From IMG/VR virus record IMGVR_UViG_3300032245_001163: a stretch of 64,000 nucleotides of DNA; one strand, written 5' to 3'. Shown in pieces: positions 47,885-56,889 of the stretch; within the stretch, counting starts at the first letter, position 1; each line of letters starts with the position of its first letter. The notes under the pieces were generated by a model. That model saw nothing but the letters and a program-made list of their open reading frames with translations. It did no database searches and was not told the origin of the DNA. The stretch comes from a virus. The translations under genes were made by a program, and so were the position numbers.

Positions 47885-49681
47885 TTATACTGCACCGGGT
47901 GCAGGAGCGGCACCACCAGCAGGCATTGCACCGCCAGGTACCACAGGCACTGGACCGGCACCAGCAGGAGCACCGGCACCGTTGGCAGCCATGCCAGCAA
48001 CTTCTTCGCCGGTTTCAATGTCGGCTTCCAGTGCACCTGGGGTAATACCAATACTACGCATATCTTGTCCTGCATTGGTTTCCAGTTCTGGCTCGTCGCG
48101 TTCTTCGCGCCACATTTCTTCGTTTTCTGCAATTTCTTCTTCGGTCAAGCCCAAGAAACGTTGTAGCATAAAACGCTTGCTCATGTAAGGCAGTTGTTCC
48201 AACTGTGTAAATGCGCCAATACGAGTCATATCCAACTCGCTTTGACGATAACTTGCAAAGTTTTGAGGTGCATTAAACTTCAAATTAAACAGGCTAGAGT
48301 CTATGTTAAACCCACGCCATTTCATAAACATCTTGAATTCGTCGTCTAATTTTTGCACAACAAGTGCTTGTAATCGCTCGCAATACTGGTTGAATCTGTA
48401 CTCTTGAATCAGTGCTGTGCCTACTTTGCCGTCGGTCATTGCACGGTCTGAATCGTCAGGACCAGTGGGCAAATAGCTCGACGGCACACGCAGACCACGA
48501 GCCATTTTGTTGTTGAAATATTTCAAGTCATCAATTTCGCCCAGATTCTGCCCGCCTTGCAAAGTATCTACACTGGATCCACGTCCGTCTGCGCCTTGGG
48601 GGAAGAAGTAATCTTCGTTGATTGACAGTGGATTGTATGACGCATCCATCATGTTGTTGCCACCACCAGTCATTGTGGGGATTCTGCGCTGATGCATTTC
48701 GTTTTTAACACGTTCCACAAATGCCATAGCCAAGTGTGATGGCATGTTGCCCACGTCAATTTTGAAGATTCTGCGTTCCGGAGCACGGCTCACACGATAG
48801 ATCAACACAGCGTCTTCCAACAGTTCTTTCTGCTTGAACACTTTGTAAATCTGCTCTAGTATGCTACGCCCAAAAGGCCAGAACACATCCAGGCCTTCGT
48901 TCAAACTGATGTGAACCACGTGCTTGGCATCCAAGCAAACTTCGTTCATAGCAGTCATAAATCTGCTGTTGCCCACGCCGCCACCTGTGCCGCCATTGGG
49001 CATAGTATAGTTGGCGTTGCCTGAAATTGTGCCTGTAACAGGGTTAGTCATGTAGTCCGTGGTGGTTTTGGCTGCCACAGTCATGTTCTGGAAGTTGGGG
49101 TTGATGTCTCGGATCACATACTGCTCAGGGCGCTTGCCCTCTGATTCGTTGACAATAACACGGGCAACCTTGCTCATGTCCACCCACATCATTTCAAATG
49201 TTTCTGGATCACGCACAAAAATTTGATCGCCGTACTTGACGGTATTGCGGAACAGTTTGAAAATTCTTTGATCTAATTTGTTGAGTTTGACCCATTGTTG
49301 CAGTTGCTTTTTAATGATTGAAACTTCGTTGTCAGTGGGTTTGTCCCTATAATCAACTTCAAACGGTGTGCCGTTCTGCTCGTTCATCTGTGTGGAGAAC
49401 TCAGCAATAATGTCCAAACATGCATTGATTTCTGAATCCATATCCATGTTTTCGTACTGATTGTAGCGTTCAATACGATTGGGGTGTCCTGAATAAACCT
49501 CTGGCAGTCTTGACGCATAGTTGCGGAAGATAAAGTCCGCAGGCATGCCTGTGTCGGTGCCGTCATTTTTGGTATAACCTGGCAGACCAAATTGGTTCCT
49601 GCCTGAAATTGGGCTCATGACACCTGTGGTGTCTGCTACCTTGAAATATTTGCGCCAGCCGGGTTGTTTGGGTTCTGCCAT
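47885..49681 (-). CDS. gp20: Portal vertex protein (gp20-like)
   Basis: LEDAVLIYRVSRAPERRIFKIDVGNMP, EDYFFP, GGQNLGEIDDLKYF, LRVPSS. Confidence 0.96.
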   Translation of the reverse strand: MAEPKQPGWRKYFKVADTTGVMSPISGRNQFGLPGYTKNDGTDTGMPADFIFRNYASRLPEVYSGHPNRIERYNQYENMDMDSEINACLDIIAEFSTQMNEQNGTPFEVDYRDKPTDNEVSIIKKQLQQWVKLNKLDQRIFKLFRNTVKYGDQIFVRDPETFEMMWVDMSKVARVIVNESEGKRPEQYVIRDINPNFQNMTVAAKTTTDYMTNPVTGTISGNANYTMPNGGTGGGVGNSRFMTAMNEVCLDAKHVVHISLNEGLDVFWPFGRSILEQIYKVFKQKELLEDAVLIYRVSRAPERRIFKIDVGNMPSHLAMAFVERVKNEMHQRRIPTMTGGGNNMMDASYNPLSINEDYFFPQGADGRGSSVDTLQGGQNLGEIDDLKYFNNKMARGLRVPSSYLPTGPDDSDRAMTDGKVGTALIQEYRFNQYCERLQALVVQKLDDEFKMFMKWRGFNIDSSLFNLKFNAPQNFASYRQSELDMTRIGAFTQLEQLPYMSKRFMLQRFLGLTEEEIAENEEMWREERDEPELETNAGQDMRSIGITPGALEADIETGEEVAGMAANGAGAPAGAGPVPVVPGGAMPAGGAAPAPGAV

Positions 49682-49697
49682 AGTTGATTATTTATTG

Positions 49698-52139
49698 TTA
49701 GTTGCTGGCTACCTGCGCTAATCGTTCACTGGCTTTGGCTGTGGCCTGCATGCTGCGGCGCATTTCTTCCAACAATCCTACCATCTGTTGTTGTAATCCA
49801 GTATCATTTCGATTTTGCAGTTGTTCAGCTAGCCGATTGATATTGGCCACTGCTGTTTTAAAATCATTGCCCATGTTTTCTGTTAGAGACTGACTTATTT
49901 GTGCAGCGGCCTCTTTGTCAATTTCCAACTTGGGCATGTTGTCCAACAATGCTGTTTGACTAGACAATGATGCAGGCATAGCATTGTTCATAAAACTGTC
50001 AAGCTGGTTGAGTATTTCTGCTTGACCATCTATCAATGTTTTTTGTACAGGGCCAGTGATTGGCATGCCTGAAGATACGTCTGCAAAAGCAGCATCAAAG
50101 TTTTTATTGCTGCTTGATTTGGTGCTGAGTCGCATGCCTGAAGTAATGCTGTCGATTACTTTGAGCATTTCGCTTTGAGTATCCAGCATTTTCTTCTGCG
50201 ACTTTTCACCGCTGACCATGTTGAACAACTTGGTCAAGTCAGCATTTTCGTCCTTGTTGAGCACACGCTCGCCCTTGTGTAACTGTGCAATAATGTCTTT
50301 GGGTTCAAACAGCGATCCCAATTCTCCTGCAGTACCGTGGGCTCGACCTGGCAGCGGCGGGTTAAAAGGATCGTATCTGGGACCGCCAGGTAGACGTGGT
50401 TCCGGTGCTGGCGGTGGTGGGTTTACTACACTGGCTGGTCCAACAATGTCTACTGGCAGTGGGTTCTGACGAGTATACGGATTAGGAATTGGATTAGGAA
50501 ATCTTGGACCACCTGGAGGTGGATTTTGTTGGTCCGGACTTGGATTTATTAATCCACCTCCAGGGCGATTTTGAGTTAAAGTTTCGTCTATGATAGCAGG
50601 TCTAGTAGGCTGACCAAGTACTCCTTGTGGTCCAGTGGGACGACGAGTTTCAGTGCCAAATACTGTGCCGCTGCCAAGTTTCTTGCGAAGATCAATCACC
50701 AACTCCTGAAACTCTTTGGCCACAACCTGCATGGTATTCTTGGCAAGATTGGGGATACCAGTTTCAATAAACGCCTGGTAAGTCAACATGCTGTCATTTT
50801 GGACTTTACGCAAATTGGCCTGTTGATCCAGTGCCGTACCTGTTTTGTCAATTTGATTTTTTTGTTCTTGTCTAGCTTCGCCCATCATTTCGGCAAAACT
50901 TTTGGTGGACATTATCTGTGCTTTGTTGGCTTCAATAAAGCCCACACCAAATGATTTCCCATACAATGCTAAATCTTCGTTGGTGTCAGCAAATCTACCC
51001 AATGCCTTGATAGATCTTTCAACACCTTTTTCAAATTCAGGCTGATTTCCTTGATACTGCCCAGCATTTAATTTTTGTATCAGTTGAAACAGTTCTGGCG
51101 AACTTTGCAGCAAATCGGTGGCTTCTTTTGAACCCATCTGCCCGCCCAGCATGTCTTGGAATCCTTTGAATGTTCGCTCACCCAGGCTTTTTGTGATAGT
51201 GGTTAATTCTCGCACTTGTCGCATAGCATCGCTGTCAGGACCGCCAAATTTACGCTCAAGTTTTTTCTGCGCTGCCACAAAACGTTCATTGCGCATGGCT
51301 TCGTCATAGGCCTGTTGTTGTTGTTTGCGACTAAGACCAGTTACTTTGGCCAGTGCATCTTGTTCCAGCATAAAATTGTATGCACTGCTACTCAATGCGC
51401 TGAAATCTTTGATTGTGCCTTGTGAAACACGATTTTGTGTTCTAGCATAAGCCATCAGTGCCGCTGCTTGTTCTTCTTCGTTCATGCCCAGCTTACGGAG
51501 CGAAACTTCGTACTGTGCCATTTCTGCACCAAGTTCGCTGAACTGCTTGCGACCTTTGAGAACTGTGCCGCCCATCAATGCCAGTTCGTCGGCGTTTTCT
51601 CCAACCATGCCTAGATAACGATCTAACTTGTTGACATTCAGCCCTAGTTTTTGTATGTCGTCAAAAAGGCCTTCCATGCCATCAGCACCCACAGCACCTG
51701 CTTCGGCTATTTGACTAAATGCATTGTACAAGTTGTCTGACTGAATATTTGCTGTTTTTGTTAGTTCCGCACCTTGTTTTAGAATTTGTGTGGTTAAAAA
51801 AGTAATACCAGCTGCCAGCCCTTTGACCAAGGCACCCCCGGGTGTCAGCAAACTTAATCCTACGGCAAAGGTCTGTGCAGCATCAACCATTTTATCAATG
51901 GAGTTGTTGAATACTGCGGCACCTTTTTCTCCGCGATACATAGCTCGGGTATAGTCGCCCACAGCGTCGGCCAGATTGCCCATGATGCTAGTGGCCATTT
52001 GAACTTTGAACCCAAAGTTTTGTATGCCAGTTTGTGCTTCTAGCAGTCGTTGATTGGTTTCGGGCAAGATATACCCAAACCGTCGCATCTGTTCATTGAC
52101 TTCTTCTGTGATCCTGGCGAGATTTTCTTCTGGCGTCAT
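49698..52139 (-). CDS. Tape-measure-like protein
   Basis: Long helical Ala/Gln-rich protein, Pro-rich linker, QLHKGERVL motif; start revised to ATG 52139. Confidence 0.65.
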   Translation of the reverse strand: MTPEENLARITEEVNEQMRRFGYILPETNQRLLEAQTGIQNFGFKVQMATSIMGNLADAVGDYTRAMYRGEKGAAVFNNSIDKMVDAAQTFAVGLSLLTPGGALVKGLAAGITFLTTQILKQGAELTKTANIQSDNLYNAFSQIAEAGAVGADGMEGLFDDIQKLGLNVNKLDRYLGMVGENADELALMGGTVLKGRKQFSELGAEMAQYEVSLRKLGMNEEEQAAALMAYARTQNRVSQGTIKDFSALSSSAYNFMLEQDALAKVTGLSRKQQQQAYDEAMRNERFVAAQKKLERKFGGPDSDAMRQVRELTTITKSLGERTFKGFQDMLGGQMGSKEATDLLQSSPELFQLIQKLNAGQYQGNQPEFEKGVERSIKALGRFADTNEDLALYGKSFGVGFIEANKAQIMSTKSFAEMMGEARQEQKNQIDKTGTALDQQANLRKVQNDSMLTYQAFIETGIPNLAKNTMQVVAKEFQELVIDLRKKLGSGTVFGTETRRPTGPQGVLGQPTRPAIIDETLTQNRPGGGLINPSPDQQNPPPGGPRFPNPIPNPYTRQNPLPVDIVGPASVVNPPPPAPEPRLPGGPRYDPFNPPLPGRAHGTAGELGSLFEPKDIIAQLHKGERVLNKDENADLTKLFNMVSGEKSQKKMLDTQSEMLKVIDSITSGMRLSTKSSSNKNFDAAFADVSSGMPITGPVQKTLIDGQAEILNQLDSFMNNAMPASLSSQTALLDNMPKLEIDKEAAAQISQSLTENMGNDFKTAVANINRLAEQLQNRNDTGLQQQMVGLLEEMRRSMQATAKASERLAQVASN

Positions 52140-52146
52140 GGTGTTG

Positions 52147-52176
52147 TACCTATAAGTAGAACTATATTTATAGGTA
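52147..52176. promoter_or_regulatory. Palindrome carrying two face-to-face late promoters
   Basis: TACCTATAAGTA-gaacta-TATTTATAGGTA: TATAAGTA (+) and TATAAATA (-). Confidence 0.65.
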
Positions 52177-52181
52177 TCAAA

Positions 52182-53024
52182 ATGACCCAAACAACCAATC
52201 CGCTACGACAATTTTTTAGACAACCGGCGATATATTTGAAATTGCCCAGTGCTGGAAGATTTTGGCCAGCAGCCTCATTGGATTTGCCTGCCAATGGTGA
52301 ATTGCCTGTGTATCCAATGACTGCCATTGACGAAATCACTTATCGGACCCCAGATGCCTTGTTCAACGGTCAGGCAGTGGTCAGTGTTATACAAAGTTGT
52401 GTACCTGCTATCAAAAATGCCTGGCACATGCCCAACATTGATCTCAGTCCAGTGTTAATAGCTATAAGGATTGCCAGTTACGGGCACGAAATGAGTTTGG
52501 GCACCACATGTCCTGCATGCAAACACGAAGAAGAATACTCACTGGACATGCGCATCATGCTGGACCAGCTTAAATCTCCCAACTTTGCAGAAACATTGAA
52601 CTATGGTGATTTAGAAATTGTTTTCAAACCAGTGTCATATGAACAACAAAATCAAAGCAGCATTGCACAGTTTGAACAACAAAAAATACTGAGTATGTTG
52701 CCAGAGTCAGACCTGCCAGAAGAAGAAAAAATGTCAAAGTTGTCTCAGTCAATGAAAATAATCACTGATCTCACAATAAACATTGTGAGTCAAAGTATCA
52801 CTGCAATCAAAACTGTGAATGCTGCAGTAACTGATTCGGCACAGATTGAAGAATTTTTAAGAAATTGCGAAAGTAAAATTTACAATCAGATTCGAGATCA
52901 TGTGATTTCATTGAGACAACAAAGCGAAATACCACCATTGAACATAAAATGTACTGAATGCAATCATGAATACAGTCAGCCAGTAGATTTGGATATTGCA
53001 AATTTTTTCGCCTCCGCCTCCTAA
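52182..53024 (+). CDS. gp26: Baseplate hub subunit / tail assembly chaperone (gp26-like)
   Basis: YLKLPS, MTAIDE, AIRIASYG, CPAC, CTEC, ends NFF; start revised to ATG 52182. Confidence 0.8.
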   Translation: MTQTTNPLRQFFRQPAIYLKLPSAGRFWPAASLDLPANGELPVYPMTAIDEITYRTPDALFNGQAVVSVIQSCVPAIKNAWHMPNIDLSPVLIAIRIASYGHEMSLGTTCPACKHEEEYSLDMRIMLDQLKSPNFAETLNYGDLEIVFKPVSYEQQNQSSIAQFEQQKILSMLPESDLPEEEKMSKLSQSMKIITDLTINIVSQSITAIKTVNAAVTDSAQIEEFLRNCESKIYNQIRDHVISLRQQSEIPPLNIKCTECNHEYSQPVDLDIANFFASAS

Positions 53025-53239
53025 TCTCTTCTCCTGAACAAATCAGTTCGTATGTAGACAGCCTAGATCGGGAGGCCGAACAAATCCGGGCAGAAAGTTT
53101 AAGATTGTCCTGGTACATGCGAGGCGGTGCCAATTATAATGATGTTATGCAAATGAGCTCTACGGAACGACGACTGATCAGTGAACTGGCCAAAGAAAAC
53201 ATTGAGACCACAAAAAAATCTAACTTGCCCTACTTCTGA
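53000..53239 (+). CDS. gp51-like extension reached by -1 frameshift from gp26
   Basis: -1 frame open for 79 codons (KFFRLRLLISSPEQ...LSWYMRGG...ERRLISELAKENIETTKKSNLPYF); slippery A AAT TTT TTC. Confidence 0.7.
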   Translation, partial: KFFRLRLLISSPEQISSYVDSLDREAEQIRAESLRLSWYMRGGANYNDVMQMSSTERRLISELAKENIETTKKSNLPYF

Positions 53240-53739
53240 TGGATAGAGAAACTGTTATCGCTGACATATTGACCTGGTGCGAAACTTTTGTAGAAGTTCC
53301 GCATCCAGCCCTGGGTGGCTGGCCGCCTTGCCCTTTTGCACGGCAAGCACGCCTCAACAACACTGTACAGGTGTTGATTGGCGCTGATCCTTATTTTGAT
53401 TTGCGCAATAGAGCACGTTGGGGCATGGGACAACACGAAGTTATTGTGTATGCTTATGATCCTGCAGAGTGGCCGTATTCGCGTTTTCACTCTTCAATCG
53501 AGTCGGCTAACACAGAGTTTTTGTTAGGCAAAGATATACTTGCGCTGGAAGATCATCCTGATGATGTAGAAGATGTCAACGGCGTTATAATGAATCAGGG
53601 CCGGTATGCATTAGTACTAGTGCAAAGCCTCAGCAAGTTAAACACAGCCGCAAAGCAAATGGCTGCAAAAGGTTTCTATCACAACTGGCCTGAAGGGTAC
53701 TTGACCGGACTGTTTAATCATAGAGCGGATCCAAGATGA
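53239..53739 (+). CDS. DUF1415-like protein
   Basis: WCETFVEVPHPALGGWPPCPFARQA, LEDHP; paralog of 8980..9480. Confidence 0.6.
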   Translation: MDRETVIADILTWCETFVEVPHPALGGWPPCPFARQARLNNTVQVLIGADPYFDLRNRARWGMGQHEVIVYAYDPAEWPYSRFHSSIESANTEFLLGKDILALEDHPDDVEDVNGVIMNQGRYALVLVQSLSKLNTAAKQMAAKGFYHNWPEGYLTGLFNHRADPR

Positions 53740-54173
53740 GCAGTTATCAGTTTGCAAGAATAGATTTGAGTCAAACCAATTACAAGATCACAGTAGAGTG
53801 GATGTATATGACACATCCAGATATTCCCTCACTCAACGCTATCTATCGCGCTTATTGCACACACAAACGCTTTGCCAGTGTGATGCCCATCTTTGATGCA
53901 CGTTATCTTGATCCCATGACTGATGTAATCGGATACTATGACCGAGCAAAACTAGTGGCGTTCTCATTAATTAAACGCTATGACGAGCACAATGCCCTGT
54001 GCGATCAGTTTGCTTGGACATACCATGACCCAAAACTACGCATGGGAATAGAAACAATGAAAGCCGAGTGTGCCATATACAAAGCACGGGGATTCAAGTA
54101 CCTGTATCTTGAACAAGCACACTTGTACAAAAGTGAAATAGACGGATTTGAAATATTAGGACCACTGGAGTAA
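53736..54173 (+). CDS. Arginyl/leucyl-tRNA-protein transferase C-terminal (ATE_C)-like GNAT protein
   Basis: GYYDRAKLVAFS...YHDPKLRMG...AECAIYKARGFKYLYL. Confidence 0.65.
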   Translation: MSSYQFARIDLSQTNYKITVEWMYMTHPDIPSLNAIYRAYCTHKRFASVMPIFDARYLDPMTDVIGYYDRAKLVAFSLIKRYDEHNALCDQFAWTYHDPKLRMGIETMKAECAIYKARGFKYLYLEQAHLYKSEIDGFEILGPLE

Positions 54174-54175
54174 AC

Positions 54176-54517
54176 ATGGATTTATACACAATTTGGGCAG
54201 ACAAAGAAGGAGACATCTCAGATATTGACTGGGTCAACGGAATGAAAAGTTTCTTTGATCATCTAGTCGAAGAGGGCCGAATGGAAACCTATAGAATCAC
54301 ACGTTGCAAAATGGGGTTCCGTAGTATTGCAGACATGCCTGAATGGATGATCATCATGGAGTTCCGAGACATGGGCCAAATGGATAGTGCATTCAAACGT
54401 GTTGCTCCACTCAAAGGCGATCTCGAAACAAAACACAAAAGTTTCAATCAGTTTGTTAGTGGCAACATTCAACATGCACTGTTTAGAGACTGGCCAGATA
54501 CCAACTTAGACGATTAA
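54176..54517 (+). CDS. Small dimeric alpha-beta-barrel-like protein (DUF6614-like)
   Basis: YRITRCKMGF...IMEFRDMGQMDSAF...LFRDWPD; GGAG SD. Confidence 0.55.
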   Translation: MDLYTIWADKEGDISDIDWVNGMKSFFDHLVEEGRMETYRITRCKMGFRSIADMPEWMIIMEFRDMGQMDSAFKRVAPLKGDLETKHKSFNQFVSGNIQHALFRDWPDTNLDD

Positions 54518-54898
54518 AGATCTCTAACGAGATCTGTTGATTTCACTTCGTTCATCAACTGATTGTCTTCTAAGTATCATCTAGATACTGTGGTCACAAT
54601 TCACCGTATGCACGGTGAATTGAATGCATCATCTGAGTGACCGCAGTCATCTATTTTAAAGAGATTGTTGTTTCCAACACGGAGGCGGTTGACCGGTACC
54701 CCCTACTCTAGCTTCACATATCAACGGAACCCTAGTAACCCGAAATAGATCCAAGTCCTATGAGCAGGGGTTGCTTTTTCTCATTGCCCCAACCATTTGC
54801 TGCCTTAAGTTAACAGTTGCCTTTGACACCCAAGTCTGCACCGGGTATCGCACCGTTGCTCAATGGGGTTGGGTCAAACACCCAACACAGAGTCGTGA
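54518..54898 (-). ncRNA. Candidate large structured non-coding RNA (~380 nt)
   Basis: The only large intergenic gap in the window; at least 8 helices, a GAAA tetraloop, G-U pairs mostly on the minus strand, and an 8-bp loop-to-distal pairing. Confidence 0.6.
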
Positions 54899-55327
54899 TT
54901 AAATTTTATCTTTGATGTGTGAGCCATGTACACGTACTTGTATATGGCCGTTGTAATAATCTGTTGATTCCAATACCTTCCTACTGAATTGTTCGCGGGC
55001 TTCAACATAACTGCATTCTGCCTTGCTTTTACAATAGTAAAGTATTTCTCTGGAGAAGTTTTCGGTGCCTAGTTTGATTACGTCTGCGGTCAATTCTGGG
55101 CTTGACCCATAGTACTCACGCCAGTCTGAATCGACTTTTGTTCGTATCTTTTTCTTCTTTTTGATGCCGTTCTTTTGATTTACTGTCTTGTACGTTGTTT
55201 TACTAAATTTCGCTAATTTTTTGCCTATGTACTTGCGTCCAGATAGATTATTTGTGATCTGATAAACAAATCCCACACATTCTTCGGGTAGTGTCTCAAC
55301 TGGGGTGTCTTGATAAAACCATGTCAT
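54899..55327 (-). CDS. Minimal GIY-YIG endonuclease (Seg-like)
   Basis: GFVYQITNNLSGRKYIGKK, YYGSS, FSREIL, E...YYN. Confidence 0.85.
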   Translation of the reverse strand: MTWFYQDTPVETLPEECVGFVYQITNNLSGRKYIGKKLAKFSKTTYKTVNQKNGIKKKKKIRTKVDSDWREYYGSSPELTADVIKLGTENFSREILYYCKSKAECSYVEAREQFSRKVLESTDYYNGHIQVRVHGSHIKDKI

Positions 55328-55369
55328 GTGCTTTTTGGGAAATGCCTTTCGTGTTATAGTTATGCTGCC

Positions 55370-56431
55370 TTAGTATAATTGGAGATTTTTCAAGAGATTT
55401 TGATTTTCGTATAACATGCCTAAATTGTAGCGGTTTTGCTGTTCGTTGTAGCGGCTTAGATAGTTTGATTCTTGCTGTCTGCCTGTATTTGTATAGTCGT
55501 TGCCCAGGCCAAAATGCACAACTCCTGTAGGTTTTAACCCCAGTCGCTCGCACCAATGACGCTGTTGATTTAGATATTTGTACACCATGTAGTCCACAGG
55601 AAACTGCTGTATTAGACTCATGGCCAAGCCAGCACTGAGCCGGTTGCAGATGTTTTCATCATTGCTCATCTGCATGGGATCGCTGGGTTTTTGTTTTAAC
55701 ATACGCACAGCAATCTTGGCGGTTTGCACAGGAAACGTTTTGCTGAGACTGAATGTGATTTCTTTGATGCAATCTGCACTCAGGTCAATGTTCACAACAT
55801 TGACACTGTTGGGCAAGTAGATAAAGTCCACCAACAGATCCACGCCTTGACGATTGCACTGTTCTACCAGCCACTTGAAACGTTCATGTTCTTGTCCGGT
55901 TAGTGCAAATGGCAGGCTGCATATACACGCATCGCCTGGCTGTATGTCAAAGTCATCGTCGATGTACTTCCAGTTGAATCCGGCCTTCTGCCAGATCTCC
56001 ATGTGCCACCAGTAATCGCCACGAAACACTCGCAGTCGTTTGTCTTTGTGCATCATGTACCAGTTCAGGAATGATTCTTGTGTGCCTTGTGAAAACCCCA
56101 CGTATTTGAACTGATCCAAGTTGTGCAATCTGTATGCAGTGCCAGACGCAATCCATTCAGGAAATGCTTCTTGAAACTCATCAACAATCCAACAGTTTCG
56201 CAAATGCTCACTCAAACTTAAACTGTTTACAAAATCAATCACTGTCTGATCTTTGATAGCATTGCCACTGCTGAATATGCTGTGGCCACGTGCTCGCACT
56301 TCCCAGAACTTGGAGTTCTTGGGGTAGGCCCACACAAACTCGCCAGGCGTGTCCAAGCAGTCTTCAGCACTGGCCTTGGCCAAAGCCCAACTGATTCGCC
56401 GTATTAGATTGATTTGTTCAGCAGTCTGCAT
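55370..56431 (-). CDS. PLP-dependent fold-type-I enzyme (aminotransferase/decarboxylase-like)
   Basis: GTQESF, LVDFIY, FSLSKTF (Schiff-base Lys). Confidence 0.75.
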   Translation of the reverse strand: MQTAEQINLIRRISWALAKASAEDCLDTPGEFVWAYPKNSKFWEVRARGHSIFSSGNAIKDQTVIDFVNSLSLSEHLRNCWIVDEFQEAFPEWIASGTAYRLHNLDQFKYVGFSQGTQESFLNWYMMHKDKRLRVFRGDYWWHMEIWQKAGFNWKYIDDDFDIQPGDACICSLPFALTGQEHERFKWLVEQCNRQGVDLLVDFIYLPNSVNVVNIDLSADCIKEITFSLSKTFPVQTAKIAVRMLKQKPSDPMQMSNDENICNRLSAGLAMSLIQQFPVDYMVYKYLNQQRHWCERLGLKPTGVVHFGLGNDYTNTGRQQESNYLSRYNEQQNRYNLGMLYENQNLLKNLQLY

Positions 56432-56889
56432 GCTCTCACATAACTTTCGTAATCTTCAGACCAGTTGGGATCATTGCCATTGATCTCATGCCTAGTACGC
56501 AGTATCCAACGCAATGCAGGAAGTTCAAATGCAATGCGCCATGTGCCATTCTTACCAAAGAACAAACATTTGTCCAACACTGTGCCGTCATCACAGTGAT
56601 ATGCACTGTGCCACTTTAGTTCTTGCAAGTCGTAGCCATCTATTTCAATGGTGTCCAGTTCACAACTGCGGTCTTGCACAATCGCACCGTCAGCAACCAC
56701 AGTATCTGTTGAAGGATCTTTGTCATAGTGTTCAATGCTCAAATTTATCTTGTTGTCCACAGGATGACATTGTAGCATGATCAACGGACACACTGAGTTT
56801 TCAAACACCACAGCGTCATTGATCACAATGCGTATGCGGGGCAACCCGTTGCAGTCTTGTATATTTTTAAATTTCAATGCTAAGTTCAT
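56404..56889 (-). CDS. Hypothetical beta-rich protein (paralog of 57892..58449)
   Basis: HYDK...IVQD...IEIDG...FGKNGTWRIAF. Confidence 0.7.
   Translation of the reverse strand: MNLALKFKNIQDCNGLPRIRIVINDAVVFENSVCPLIMLQCHPVDNKINLSIEHYDKDPSTDTVVADGAIVQDRSCELDTIEIDGYDLQELKWHSAYHCDDGTVLDKCLFFGKNGTWRIAFELPALRWILRTRHEINGNDPNWSEDYESYVRACRLLNKSI

Noticed and set aside
52050-52190. Overlapping 5' extensions of gp26 and the tape-measure ORF
   Set aside because: ATG 52182 and ATG 52139 flank the promoter palindrome and remove the overlap
54518-54898. tRNA, tmRNA, RNase P or group I intron identity for the structured gap
   Set aside because: No T-loop/CCA end, no GAGGAAAGTCC, and the flanking genes are convergent and intact rather than split exons; kept as an unknown structured element
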